A DNA stretch of 48,520 bases, from contig CAYWJE010000001.1 of NCBI GenBank assembly GCA_964458525.1, forward strand, positions 1 to 48,520, written 5' to 3'. The notes beneath the pieces were generated by a model that saw only the letters and a list, made by a program, of their open reading frames with translations, was not told the origin of the DNA and did not search any database. A program made the translations under genes and the position numbers. Source of the stretch: an uncultured Verrucomicrobiota bacterium. Its GTDB lineage: Bacteria > Verrucomicrobiota > Kiritimatiellia > JAAZAB01. This document shows, one piece after another, positions 1 through 8,013 of the stretch (positions within the stretch are counted from its first letter, which is position 1; each line of letters starts with the position of its first letter).

Positions 1-1
1 C

Positions 2-1216
2 CACCAGAAGCTGTGGGCGTGGTACGGAATGTGGGACCATGGCGACGTCATGCACAAGTTCTCCGGATGGGGCTTCGGCTGGAACTTTCCGCCCGACGTG
101 CTTGCGCGCCAGCTTGCCCTGCCTCCGCATGAGCGCAAGTCCGTGCCGAACGCGCGCATTCCGGACTGGCACAAGCAGACGGACTGGAACTTCGACAACG
201 GACGCTGGGGCTGGGGCAACACGGAGGGACTGCCGGGCCTCTTTCTGCAGATGCAGTATCTGCGCACCGGCAGGCGCGACCTGTTCTTCTCCGTCGAGGC
301 CATGGCCCGCCACACGCGAGACGTGGACGCGCGGCATGACGGACGATTCTTCGGCATGGGCACGCGCCACGGCATCCAGCACTGGAGCGACGGCGACCAC
401 GAGGAACGGCAGACTGTTCACTCGGAATGGCGCTTTCATCATTACCTGTCCGGCGACATGCGCAGCAGGGACTTCGCCGAACAGCTCGCGGCGGGCCGCT
501 ACACGCGAGGAGTAGTGTTCTCTCATGCCGACCACAGCGGGCGGCTTTACGGATTATTGACCCTGTGGGAAATGACGGGCGATCCGGCGCTGGGCGAGCT
601 GCTGCGCAGATACGTTCATTGCTTCATCGTGCCGGAAGGAATCGCGATCTGTCCGAAGGTCGCCTTCCCGCAGGTGAAGCGGCTCGCTGCGAAAGACGTC
701 AACGGCGACAGCATGTTCTTCCACACCTTCGGAGCGGCCCACGCGCTGATCGAGTATTACGAGCTCACTCATGACGAGGAACTCAAACGGGCGCTCGTGC
801 GGATGGCGGCAAGCCCCGCTCAATCTTCGGTCAACTGTCTTCGCAAGATCATCACCTTTGCGGCATTGAACGCTGACAAGCCGAAGCCGTTCGCGGATTT
901 GTTGAGAAAATGGATGAAATCGGAACACAGCTATTATCTTTTCAATATGGTGTCGGAATCTCGCAGGCACTGGACAGGCAAGACGGCCTTTGTGAGGCCG
1001 GGCGTGTCGAGTCTGTGGTTCTGGCTGGCGGACGCCCATTACCTGATGGCATGGATGGGAAAGGAGCCAAAGCCAACGGCGGCGGCGCTGAAGGATTTCG
1101 CCGAAATGAACGCCAACGGGCTTCATGACGACTGGCGGCCGGAGAGCTGGCAGTCTGAATACGACCGACCCGAGTTTCGCGAGTATCTCCGGGACCGGCG
1201 CAAGGAGAGAAAATGA
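2..1216 (+). CDS. L-family large protein, C-terminal ~400 aa only (5' end lies upstream of the window)
   Basis: The frame stays open back to nt 2 (HQKLWAWYG precedes the first ATG) and aligns with HHQKLWGWYGIWDYGD of the 1216-aa ORF at 24953..28603. Shared blocks: WNFDNGRWGWGNTEGLPG, FFSVEAMARHTRDVD, GTRHGIQHWSDGDHEERQT, and the tail WQSEYDRPEFREYL. A YetA/PL26-like lyase-type fold is only a recollection and is not verified. Confidence 0.8.
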   Translation, partial: HQKLWAWYGMWDHGDVMHKFSGWGFGWNFPPDVLARQLALPPHERKSVPNARIPDWHKQTDWNFDNGRWGWGNTEGLPGLFLQMQYLRTGRRDLFFSVEAMARHTRDVDARHDGRFFGMGTRHGIQHWSDGDHEERQTVHSEWRFHHYLSGDMRSRDFAEQLAAGRYTRGVVFSHADHSGRLYGLLTLWEMTGDPALGELLRRYVHCFIVPEGIAICPKVAFPQVKRLAAKDVNGDSMFFHTFGAAHALIEYYELTHDEELKRALVRMAASPAQSSVNCLRKIITFAALNADKPKPFADLLRKWMKSEHSYYLFNMVSESRRHWTGKTAFVRPGVSSLWFWLADAHYLMAWMGKEPKPTAAALKDFAEMNANGLHDDWRPESWQSEYDRPEFREYLRDRRKERK

Positions 1217-1301
1217 GCGGCGGCCTTGAATCGTGCGTCGAGAACCGGAGTGAACGGCGTCCCGTTGTCCGAGCTCCGAGCCGTTTCTTTCAAGAAAGGT
1301 C

Positions 1302-1330
1302 TTGCATTATTCGCCAAAGCGAGGTACTAT
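1302..1330 (+). promoter_or_regulatory. Candidate sigma70-type promoter upstream of the first FGE-fold cassette
   Basis: TTGCAT (1302-1307), 17-nt spacer, TACTAT (1325-1330), in the 280-bp gap before the ATG at 1496. Sequence pattern only. Confidence 0.3.
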
Positions 1331-1495
1331 AGAATGGACGGTTCAACGATAAGGGAAATTAAATGCAAGAGAACTGATAACCAGCTCTTGAAAAAGGGTG
1401 TCAAGCGGAAAAGAGGGGAAAGCACGAAAACCTGTCCCGCACGGCGGGAAGTCAATGGAACGGTCTGTTTTTTCGAAACAACGCGGAGTTGCGGC

Positions 1496-3148
1496 ATGAA
1501 CAGCTGCGGTCATCTTCGGAGTGCGTTCGCGGCGACCGCGCTTTGCGCCTGCGCCCTGCTGTTGTCGCCGCCTCCCGCTCAATCCAATAATCTTCGAGTC
1601 ACGAACGTGACGGCGGTCGTGAACGATGAAAGCACCGTGCGCATCGCTTTCGACGTGTCCTGGGAGAATTCCTGGCGGGATACGGACATCAATCACGACG
1701 CCGCATGGGTGTTCTTCAAGGTCCGCGAGGACGGCAGCGAGGTGTGGCTGCACGGCGTGCTCGATGCCGACCAGGTTCTTAATCCCACCGGTTTCACTGT
1801 GGGTTCCGGCACGGAGTTGGATTTCATCGTGCCGGAGGACAAGGTCGGTATGTTCGTGCGGCGGAAGAACGAGGGCTCCGGCCTCGTCGCTTCGACAAAC
1901 GTCTCCGCGCTCTGGAACTTTTCCTCAAACGGGCTGGCCAAGACGGCGCGGGTGTTCGTGCAGGCGTTTGCCGTGGAGATGGTGTATGTCGCCGAGGGTC
2001 CTTTTTATCTCGGCTGCGGCGCCCCGACCAACAAGGAGGCGGCTTCTATAACCAACGTTCAAGGCTCGTTCACCGACGGCGCGTGGACAGCGGGAACTCC
2101 CACAAATTTTCCATACCTCGTGACCTCCGAAAACGCCATCACCATGGACAACAGTCCCGGCAATCTGTGGGGGACTTCTTCCAGCGGCGAGGACACCATA
2201 GGTCCCGTCGGTGTTCTCTCAAACGCCTTTCCGAAGGGATATGCCCCCTTCTACTGCATGAAATACGAAATTACACAGGGCCAGTATCGTGATTTTCTCA
2301 ATACGCTTACCCGTGAGCAGCAGAACAAGCGGACCCAGACCCAGCTACCCGACAGCTTCGTCATGAAGGCATACGAGAACAATGATTGGACCGTGATAGG
2401 CCAACGCGTTGGCATTCGCTGTCCTGCCGTGGTGCCCGACCCGCCCGGGGTGATAACATTCGGCTGCGACGCCAATGCGAACAGGATATTCAATGAGCCC
2501 GATGATGCCGAGAACCGGGCATGCGGCAATTTCGGGTGGGGGGATATCGCGGCCTATGCCGACTGGGCGGGACTGCGGCCCATGACTGAGCTTGAGTTCG
2601 AGAAAGCATGCAGGGGTCCGCTGTCCCCGGTCCCGTGCGAATTCGCGTGGGGCAGCACGAACATCGTGGTCCTCTCGAGCCAGAACAACGACGGCACGGG
2701 CTACGCCACTGTCAGCGCGCCGGCTGGGGCAAATTGCTATTATGACAACACCATGAGCGGGCCGAGGCGGGTGGGTCTTTACGCAACGGCGAGTTCATCG
2801 CGGGAGCAGTCGGGCGGATCTTATTGGGGGATCATGGAACTGACGGGGAACGTGAATGAACGCGTGATTTCGGTCTCCCAGACGGCAGGCCGGTCCTTCA
2901 CCGGTCTGCACGGCGATGGAACACTGGATGGTTATGGAGATGCGGATGTGTCGGCCTGGCCGGGCTCTACGGCCGCCGGGACAGGAATGCGCGGAGGGCG
3001 CTGGCATTATACGAAGACATACGGACTGCACACATCGAACAGAGGCGCCGCGAACAAGGTTCATCCGAACCGTTACTATTCGAATAATAATGGTTGCCTG
3101 CCCGGCGCGCGGCACGTCCGCACGGCGCCGGCCGGGATCGGACCGTAA
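1496..3148 (+). CDS. Secreted FGE/SUMF1-fold protein, type A, with an unrecognised N-terminal module
   Basis: The ATG at 1496 is in frame with ORF 1226..3148 and starts a signal peptide (MNSCGHLRSAFAATALCACALLLSPPPAQS|NNL). FGE-sulfatase-domain hallmarks: EMVYVAEGPFYLG, FYCMKYEITQGQYRDFL, WGDIAAYADWAGLRPMTELEFEKACRG, ELTGNVNERV, GMRGGRW. Closest paralog is 42103..43710. Confidence 0.8.
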   Translation: MNSCGHLRSAFAATALCACALLLSPPPAQSNNLRVTNVTAVVNDESTVRIAFDVSWENSWRDTDINHDAAWVFFKVREDGSEVWLHGVLDADQVLNPTGFTVGSGTELDFIVPEDKVGMFVRRKNEGSGLVASTNVSALWNFSSNGLAKTARVFVQAFAVEMVYVAEGPFYLGCGAPTNKEAASITNVQGSFTDGAWTAGTPTNFPYLVTSENAITMDNSPGNLWGTSSSGEDTIGPVGVLSNAFPKGYAPFYCMKYEITQGQYRDFLNTLTREQQNKRTQTQLPDSFVMKAYENNDWTVIGQRVGIRCPAVVPDPPGVITFGCDANANRIFNEPDDAENRACGNFGWGDIAAYADWAGLRPMTELEFEKACRGPLSPVPCEFAWGSTNIVVLSSQNNDGTGYATVSAPAGANCYYDNTMSGPRRVGLYATASSSREQSGGSYWGIMELTGNVNERVISVSQTAGRSFTGLHGDGTLDGYGDADVSAWPGSTAAGTGMRGGRWHYTKTYGLHTSNRGAANKVHPNRYYSNNNGCLPGARHVRTAPAGIGP

Positions 3149-3220
3149 CGAGGTTGTTGAAGCCGACAATGCCGGTTTCCGGATGAAAGGGGACGGGCGC
3201 GGAATGAGCCGCCCGACAGA

Positions 3221-4819
3221 ATGAAAATGAATTCTACAACACTGGTGCTTGTGTCGGCGCTCTGGCTCTGCGCCGGAGCGGCGCGCGCGAATAATCTCCA
3301 GATTACGAACGTGACGATTGGCGTGCAGAACGACACCTCGGCCCGCATTCGGTTCGACATTTCGTGGGACAATTCGTGGCGCTACACGAACATCAACCAT
3401 GACGCTGCATGGGTGTTTTTCAAGGTTCGCGAGGAGGGCGGGGAGACGTGGGAGCACGCTTATCTCCATGCCGACACGACGGTGAACCCGGGCGGCTTCT
3501 CGGCAGGCTCCGGCTCCGAGCTCGATTTCATCGTGCCGGAGGACAAGACCGGAGTGTTTCTGCGCCGGCGGCAGGAGGGCGCCGGCGCCGTCGCTTCGAC
3601 AAATGTCTCCGTGCTGTGGAATTTCTCATCCAACAGTTTCAACAAGACATCGAGGGTATTCGTTCGGGCGTTTGCCGTGGAGATGGCATACGTCGCCGAG
3701 GGCGCATTCTATCTGGGATCGGGCGGCCAGACCAATATGGAAACGGGCTCCTTCACCGACGGCGCGTGGACCAGCGGAACTCTCACGAGCATACCGTATC
3801 TCGTCACATCGGAGGACGCGATAACCATCGGCAACAATCCCGGCCAACTGTGGGGCACGTCTTCCAGCGGGGGCGGCACGATCGGCGGGGCGGGCGTTCT
3901 CCCCGCCGAGTTTCCGAAGGGATATGCCGCCTTCTACTGCATGAAGTATGAGATCACGCAGGCGCAGTACAGGGATTTTCTGAACACGCTCACACGCGAC
4001 CAGCAGATCGCGCGCACGGCAAGCCAGGAGCCCGATTATTTCGCCGTGTCCGGCAGAACCAATCTGTATTTCAAGTCGGGCATCAGGTGTCCCTCGGTCG
4101 TTCCCGCCCCGCCGGAGCCCATAGTCTTCGGGTGCGACGGCAATGTGAACGGCGTGTTCAACGAGGTTGACGATTCGATGGACAGGGCCTGTCCGTATAT
4201 TTCGTGGGCGGACCTGGCCGCTTATCTTGACTGGGCCGGTCTGCGGCCCATGACTGAAATGGAATATGAAAAGGCATGCCGCGGGCCTGTTGCGCCGGTC
4301 CCGGAAGAATACGCCTGGGGAAGCACGATCATATTCCTTTTGAGCGATGAAGCCGATGACGGAACGGGCTATTCCACGGTCGGTTCACCAGAGAACGCCA
4401 ATTCTTTTTATAGCATTGTGAATGGCGTCGGACCAACCCGTGTCGGAATTTTTGCGACGCCAACATCATCGCGTGAGAGGGCCGGCGCCGCCTATTGGGG
4501 AGTCATGGAGATGAGCGGCAACATCAGCGAGCGGGCGATAACCGCAGGCAACGCGACGGGGCGAGCCTACACGGGATTGCACGGCGACGGGAATCCGGGC
4601 GCGGACGGAAACGCGGACGTCGGCGGCTGGCCCGGCGCCGACGCTGTCGGCACCGGCTATAAAGGAGTGTACCAGCAATATGTTTATACGGCGCTCAGGG
4701 TGTCCAGCCGCCAGATGGCTGCCTTAACCTATTCTCTGCGGGGGCCAAGTTCGAACGACGCGGGGAGAAAGAACGGCGGGCGCGGAGTGCGCAACGCTCC
4801 CGCCGGTGTGGAGCGGTAG
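3221..4819 (+). CDS. Secreted FGE/SUMF1-fold protein, type B, with the same N-terminal module
   Basis: Signal peptide MKMNSTTLVLVSALWLCAGAARA|NNL. Motifs FDISWDNSWRYTNINHDAAWVFFKVR, EMAYVAEGAFYLG, FYCMKYEITQAQYRDFL, WADLAAYLDWAGLRPMTEMEYEKACRG, EMSGNISERA. Closest paralog is 40461..42092. Confidence 0.8.
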   Translation: MKMNSTTLVLVSALWLCAGAARANNLQITNVTIGVQNDTSARIRFDISWDNSWRYTNINHDAAWVFFKVREEGGETWEHAYLHADTTVNPGGFSAGSGSELDFIVPEDKTGVFLRRRQEGAGAVASTNVSVLWNFSSNSFNKTSRVFVRAFAVEMAYVAEGAFYLGSGGQTNMETGSFTDGAWTSGTLTSIPYLVTSEDAITIGNNPGQLWGTSSSGGGTIGGAGVLPAEFPKGYAAFYCMKYEITQAQYRDFLNTLTRDQQIARTASQEPDYFAVSGRTNLYFKSGIRCPSVVPAPPEPIVFGCDGNVNGVFNEVDDSMDRACPYISWADLAAYLDWAGLRPMTEMEYEKACRGPVAPVPEEYAWGSTIIFLLSDEADDGTGYSTVGSPENANSFYSIVNGVGPTRVGIFATPTSSRERAGAAYWGVMEMSGNISERAITAGNATGRAYTGLHGDGNPGADGNADVGGWPGADAVGTGYKGVYQQYVYTALRVSSRQMAALTYSLRGPSSNDAGRKNGGRGVRNAPAGVER

Positions 4820-4891
4820 AAAAAAGAGGTATAAGGGACTGCGGGGTTTCAGCCGGGCAGCCTGCGGTCAGCAGCTCGGGCACCCAGCCGG

Positions 4892-5596
4892 ATGCCGATG
4901 AAAGACAGAGCCATGAACATGCGATTAAGATTAATTATATCTCTATCGGTTGGCTTAGCCGCCGCATCAGCCTGGGCGGGAGCATGGAGCACCAACTTCG
5001 TCTGCTTCCGTGGAGGCTCCTACGACGGATGGGGCGAATGCGTCACGACCAATTCGATCGGATTGGGCGGCGGAGTGTTGACTCTCTCATCGGGGGCTGA
5101 TCAGTCGTTTGCCTGGTCAGACGCCGAAGCGGACCTCGCCGCGTTTACGATCACCGTTGTGGAGTCGGGTGTGCCGCCCGCGGTGACCAACGGAGGCGCA
5201 CTGCGAATAAGCGTGCCGTCAGGTTGGCAATGCCGTTTCAGCCCCGCCGTCACCGCGCCCGCGTTCGGCGGAAGCGCCGCCGGTAAGGTGAATTCCTCGG
5301 TATCCTATTCCGGGAACGGAGACAGTCTTATAGTGACAGCTGTATCCGCATTCGACGAGGGCGACATTCTCACGATAGACGGCTTGAAGCTCCTCGATAT
5401 GGCGTTGTGCTCGCCCGGTCCGAGGCGATTCGAGCTGGAGTTCACGGGAGACGGACAAAGGGACGCGTACGATCAATGTCTGACCTCGATAACAGTTTCA
5501 TGGCCCGGCGGATTCTACGACGGCTGGGACAGCTGCATGCCTGACGACCCCATGCACTTCTGGAAACCCAGGGGTGTCTTGATCATGTCCCAATAG
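4892..5596 (+). CDS. Small secreted protein S1 (unknown family), partner of the FGE-fold pair
   Basis: Signal peptide (MNMRLRLIISLSVGLAAASAWA). Paralog of 43791..44471. Shares SWSTNFVCFRGGSYDGW, VTAPAFGG.AAGKV, FTGDG.RDAYD, WPGG.YDGWD and the C-terminal FW.PRG tail. The start could be ATG 4892, 4898 or 4913. Confidence 0.7.
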   Translation: MPMKDRAMNMRLRLIISLSVGLAAASAWAGAWSTNFVCFRGGSYDGWGECVTTNSIGLGGGVLTLSSGADQSFAWSDAEADLAAFTITVVESGVPPAVTNGGALRISVPSGWQCRFSPAVTAPAFGGSAAGKVNSSVSYSGNGDSLIVTAVSAFDEGDILTIDGLKLLDMALCSPGPRRFELEFTGDGQRDAYDQCLTSITVSWPGGFYDGWDSCMPDDPMHFWKPRGVLIMSQ

Positions 5597-5642
5597 CCAA
5601 GACCTTGATTCGAAATCACACCAAATAAATCTGCAAAAGCCA

Positions 5643-5670
5643 TTGACATTTCACCGCGGAAGATTAAGAT
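5643..5670 (+). promoter_or_regulatory. Candidate sigma70-type promoter for the ceramidase-like gene
   Basis: TTGACA (5643-5648), 16-nt spacer, TAAGAT (5665-5670), in an AT-richer 145-bp gap about 70 nt upstream of the ATG at 5742. Confidence 0.35.
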
Positions 5671-5677
5671 ATCAAAT

Positions 5678-5695
5678 TAATTGTACGTACAATTA
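5678..5695. promoter_or_regulatory. Perfect 18-bp palindrome TAATTGTACGTACAATTA (operator-like site)
   Basis: Perfect dyad read directly from the sequence. It starts 8 nt after the putative -10 element, so it would cover the transcription start region. Confidence 0.4.
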
Positions 5696-5741
5696 GCAGG
5701 CGTTTCTGTTCCGGCCAAATTAATTGATGAAGGAGTCAAAA

Positions 5742-8012
5742 ATGATGTCGCGAAAAATACTCTTTTCCATGGTGGCTTTCGTCTCTTTCACTTTTCTTGG
5801 CGCCGTCCGCGCATCAGAACTGCTGGTCGGCGCCGGCGAGGCGGACATAACGCCCGACAGGCCGGTGGCTCTCAGCGGGATGTTCCGTACCCGTATTTCA
5901 ACGGCGGTCGTTTCGCCGGTCACCGTCAATGTAATAGCCCTCGAATCGCGCGAGGACGGGAAGCCTGTGGATCAGGCCGTCCTCGTGTCCTGCGACCTGG
6001 TGGCCATTCGACCGGGCATTCTGGACGGGTTCCGCGAATACATGAAGGGGCGTCTGCCGGATCTCGACCTTGACAAAATAATACTTGCGGCGACACACAC
6101 ACACCAGGCGCCGGTGATGCTTCAAGAGCGCTTTCAATCCTATGGCGACGCCATGCAACCGAAGGAATATGTGCCGTTCCTTTACGAGCGCATGGGAGAA
6201 GCCGTCGAGAAGGCGTGGAAGAGCAGGGCGCCGGGCTCCGTGGCATGGGGATTGGGCCACGCCGAGGTAGCGGTCAGCCGCAGGCCGGTCTTCAAGGACG
6301 GTTCCGTCGGCGGCGGCAAGATGAGCGATCCCGATTTCAGCCACCTTGAGGCGGCATCGGATCATTCGGTGGGCGTTCTCTCCTTTTTCGACGCCAAGAC
6401 GAACCTGAAAGCCATTGCTATCAGCGTGCCCTGTCCCGCCCAGGCTTTTCAGAGCAGCCGATGCAGTCTGATAAGCGCCGATTTCTGGCATGATGTGCGT
6501 GAACTGCTCAAGAAAAGCTACGGGAAGGACCTCTGCGTGGCCGGCTTCGCGGCGCCCTGCGGCGACCAGGGGCCGGGCGCGCTCCGTTCCGGGAGCGAGG
6601 AGCGCATGGCTAAGCTTCGGGGCCTGCCGGAGGGCGGCGACTTTCCGTGGCTCCAGCATCTTCAGGGCTGGGAGCGGACCGACATGCTCGGCAAGCTCGC
6701 CCGCGCCCAGGAGATAGGACGCCGCGTCGCCAATGCCGTCGAGGATGTCCTGCCGGTCATGGCGAAGGATATCCGGACCGATCCTGCCTTCCTGCACACC
6801 GTTCACCGATTCGATCTGCGGAGCCTGGAGGTGAAAGAAGAGGATTTTGCCCGCATAACGGCGGCGCTCGAGCAGCTGGCCAAGAAGGACAAGCTGAGCG
6901 ACGCCGAATACACGCGAAAGGACTCTTATGAACGCGTGATAGAACGTTACGAGGCGCAGCAGCAGGGCAAGCCGCAGGTTTGCCCCGTGGAAATGCACAC
7001 GCTGCGCATAGGCGACATGGCCATCGGCACCACCCCGTTCGAGCTGTTCACCGATTACGGCACGCGCATCCACCTTGCGAGTCCAGCCGGACAGACGTTC
7101 CTGATGCAATTGGCCAACGCCACCAAGGACTTTCCCGATTACGGCGTCTATTTGCCCACGCGGCGAGCTGTCGAAGCTCGCGGCTACGACGGGTCCGTGG
7201 AATCCAACCTGATCGGCCCCGAGGGCGGGGACATCCTGGTGGAACGCACCGTCGCCGCGTTCAACGAGCTGTGGATGGCGCCGGGCGTTCTCGATGCTTT
7301 CAGGAAACAGAGCGAGGAGAAATTCATGCTCGCGGATAAGGCGGACCCTGCCGGCTGGTTCCAGGTTGATATCAAGCCGTTCTGCAACGTCAACCTGTAT
7401 TCCACGAACGGAGTCGTCGCGCCGGTCCAGTTCTACGCCATCGGGACCGGCCGCAGCGATTTCTACGGCGTGCCGACGGACATCATCGCGCCGGCCGACA
7501 ACGACAACCGCACGGCGATAGCCTTGACATCCAAGCGTTTTCAGCTGCCGGGCGCGAAGGATGTGAAACAACCCGCTCCCAGCGAAACCGCGCCGGCGAA
7601 AGACGCGGATGCGATCATCGGCAAGGCTGGAACCGATGTCACGGTCGGAAGGAAGGCCGATGCGCTGTTCTTCCTGTACGCTACCTACTACACGCTGCCC
7701 GAGGGCGAGCAGTATTTCCGGGTGAACTATGACGACGGCACGTCGCAAACCATACCATTTGTCGGCACGAAGCAGTCGGGCGACTGGTTCCATGTTGACA
7801 AGAGAGTCTACTCGGAAGATGTCCGCCACGTGCTGATCCCGCAGAAGGACCCGTGGCACAATCGTTCCTTCTACTGCATGCACATGATGCAGTGGAAGAA
7901 CCCGAATCCGGGCAAGGAAATCAAGTCCGTGACGCTCAAGTCGGACGAGCAGGCCGACATGGCGATATTCATCGCAGCCGTGACGGGATATGCCGGGAAA
8001 CAGACGAAATAG
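5742..8012 (+). CDS. Secreted neutral/alkaline-ceramidase-like hydrolase with a C-terminal beta-rich domain
   Basis: AAGGAG lies 6 nt before the ATG at 5742. Signal peptide MMSRKILFSMVAFVSFTFLGAVRA. N-terminal LLVGAGEADITPDRPV and ILAATHTHQAPV resemble the neutral ceramidase family GxxDITP and HTHxxP motifs. The ~230-aa C-terminal domain is unassigned. Confidence 0.6.
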   Translation: MMSRKILFSMVAFVSFTFLGAVRASELLVGAGEADITPDRPVALSGMFRTRISTAVVSPVTVNVIALESREDGKPVDQAVLVSCDLVAIRPGILDGFREYMKGRLPDLDLDKIILAATHTHQAPVMLQERFQSYGDAMQPKEYVPFLYERMGEAVEKAWKSRAPGSVAWGLGHAEVAVSRRPVFKDGSVGGGKMSDPDFSHLEAASDHSVGVLSFFDAKTNLKAIAISVPCPAQAFQSSRCSLISADFWHDVRELLKKSYGKDLCVAGFAAPCGDQGPGALRSGSEERMAKLRGLPEGGDFPWLQHLQGWERTDMLGKLARAQEIGRRVANAVEDVLPVMAKDIRTDPAFLHTVHRFDLRSLEVKEEDFARITAALEQLAKKDKLSDAEYTRKDSYERVIERYEAQQQGKPQVCPVEMHTLRIGDMAIGTTPFELFTDYGTRIHLASPAGQTFLMQLANATKDFPDYGVYLPTRRAVEARGYDGSVESNLIGPEGGDILVERTVAAFNELWMAPGVLDAFRKQSEEKFMLADKADPAGWFQVDIKPFCNVNLYSTNGVVAPVQFYAIGTGRSDFYGVPTDIIAPADNDNRTAIALTSKRFQLPGAKDVKQPAPSETAPAKDADAIIGKAGTDVTVGRKADALFFLYATYYTLPEGEQYFRVNYDDGTSQTIPFVGTKQSGDWFHVDKRVYSEDVRHVLIPQKDPWHNRSFYCMHMMQWKNPNPGKEIKSVTLKSDEQADMAIFIAAVTGYAGKQTK

Positions 8013-8013
8013 T

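Noticed and set aside
1226-1495. N-terminal extensions offered by the ORF track (1226.., 7990.., 9072.., 17702.., 20064.., 24142.., 31506.., 33991.., 41800.., 43563.., 45267..).
   Set aside because: The extensions overlap the preceding gene or run through intergenic sequence, often from non-ATG codons. An internal ATG preceded by a purine-rich SD-like sequence and followed by a signal peptide or domain start gives a far more plausible start.
1496-4819. Calling the four FGE-fold genes a sulfatase-maturation system, or GldJ/GldK/PorK of a type IX secretion or gliding apparatus.
   Set aside because: There is no sulfatase ORF in the window, and the catalytic Cys pair is absent. No other T9SS or gliding components (PorL/M/N, SprA, CTD-bearing cargo) are visible. 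Only the fold-level analogy is retained.
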